Source: Sminthopsis crassicaudata
Lineage: Eukaryota
Direction of reading: 5' to 3'
Length of the DNA stretch: 64,000 nt
Assembly (NCBI RefSeq): GCF_048593235.1
Contig: NC_133622.1
Coordinates: 193,161,198-193,225,197 of the forward strand
Below the pieces are notes generated by a model. It worked only from the letters and a program-made list of their open reading frames with translations. It searched no databases and was not told the DNA's origin. The position numbers and the translations under genes were made by a program. Shown here in pieces: positions 63,701 through 64,000 of this stretch (positions are counted from its first letter, which is position 1; each line of letters begins with the position of its first letter).

Positions 63701-63931
63701 ATTCTCCTTCTCCTTATACCCTTTGGTCTCCTTCATTCAGGTGGCTCGAGACACAGATGGGGCTGGCAATTACCTGCTCCTGACACACAAGCACGTGGCT
63801 CACCTGTCCCCCTCCTGCTGCTACACAAATCGCCGACCCCCCGCCCAGCCGCCTCCATGGGTGCTTTACCACAACTTTTCCATCTCCCAAGACAACTGCC
63901 TCTCTATTGTGTCTGAGATCGAGCCTCACAT
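60354..63931 (+). CDS. DQX1: DEAQ-box RNA-dependent ATPase 1, 5' part (final exon lies beyond the window)
   Basis: Exons 60354-60590, 60730-60923, 61434-61818, 61905-62138, 62232-62331, 62441-62599, 62677-62868, 63000-63119, 63310-63500 and 63741-63931. Walker [10 protein letters not shown], motif [11 protein letters not shown], and [15 protein letters not shown] (HA2). Confidence 0.96.
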
Positions 63932-64000
63932 GTGAGTGCCCTCATGCCCTTTTTTCTCCCCTGGGAATTGAGAGCATCTTTTGGGAAGGAGTGAGTGCCT

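Overview
Mammalian genomic DNA, almost certainly from a marsupial and probably a dasyuromorph, judged from WSINE1-type and Mar1-type SINEs and marsupial L1 3' ends. The assembly is a scaffold with two N gaps. The window holds the gene block syntenic with human 2p13.1: the last six coding exons of M1AP (+), complete DOK1 (-), LOXL3 (+), HTRA2 (-) and AUP1 (+), and all but the last exon of DQX1 (+). I traced every coding exon by hand: each has GT-AG boundaries and a continuous frame, and most exon sizes match the human orthologues as I recall them. The first ~27 kb and LOXL3's large introns are mostly L1, CR1, L2 and SINE relics. I see no wholly new gene family or prokaryote-type system. The best candidate for undescribed biology is a pair of small frame-preserving cassette exons (57 and 60 nt) in LOXL3 intron 4. 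They would insert up to 39 residues (17 K/R, no D/E) into SRCR domain 2. Other leads are a competing AUP1 acceptor followed by a stop and AATAAA that would remove the G2BR, a CpG-rich VNTR with 4-mer higher-order structure between DOK1 and LOXL3, a triple start codon in DOK1, a much shorter HTRA2 presequence and a probable LOXL3/HTRA2 antisense overlap. Gene and repeat identities rest on recalled sequence similarity; no database searches were run.
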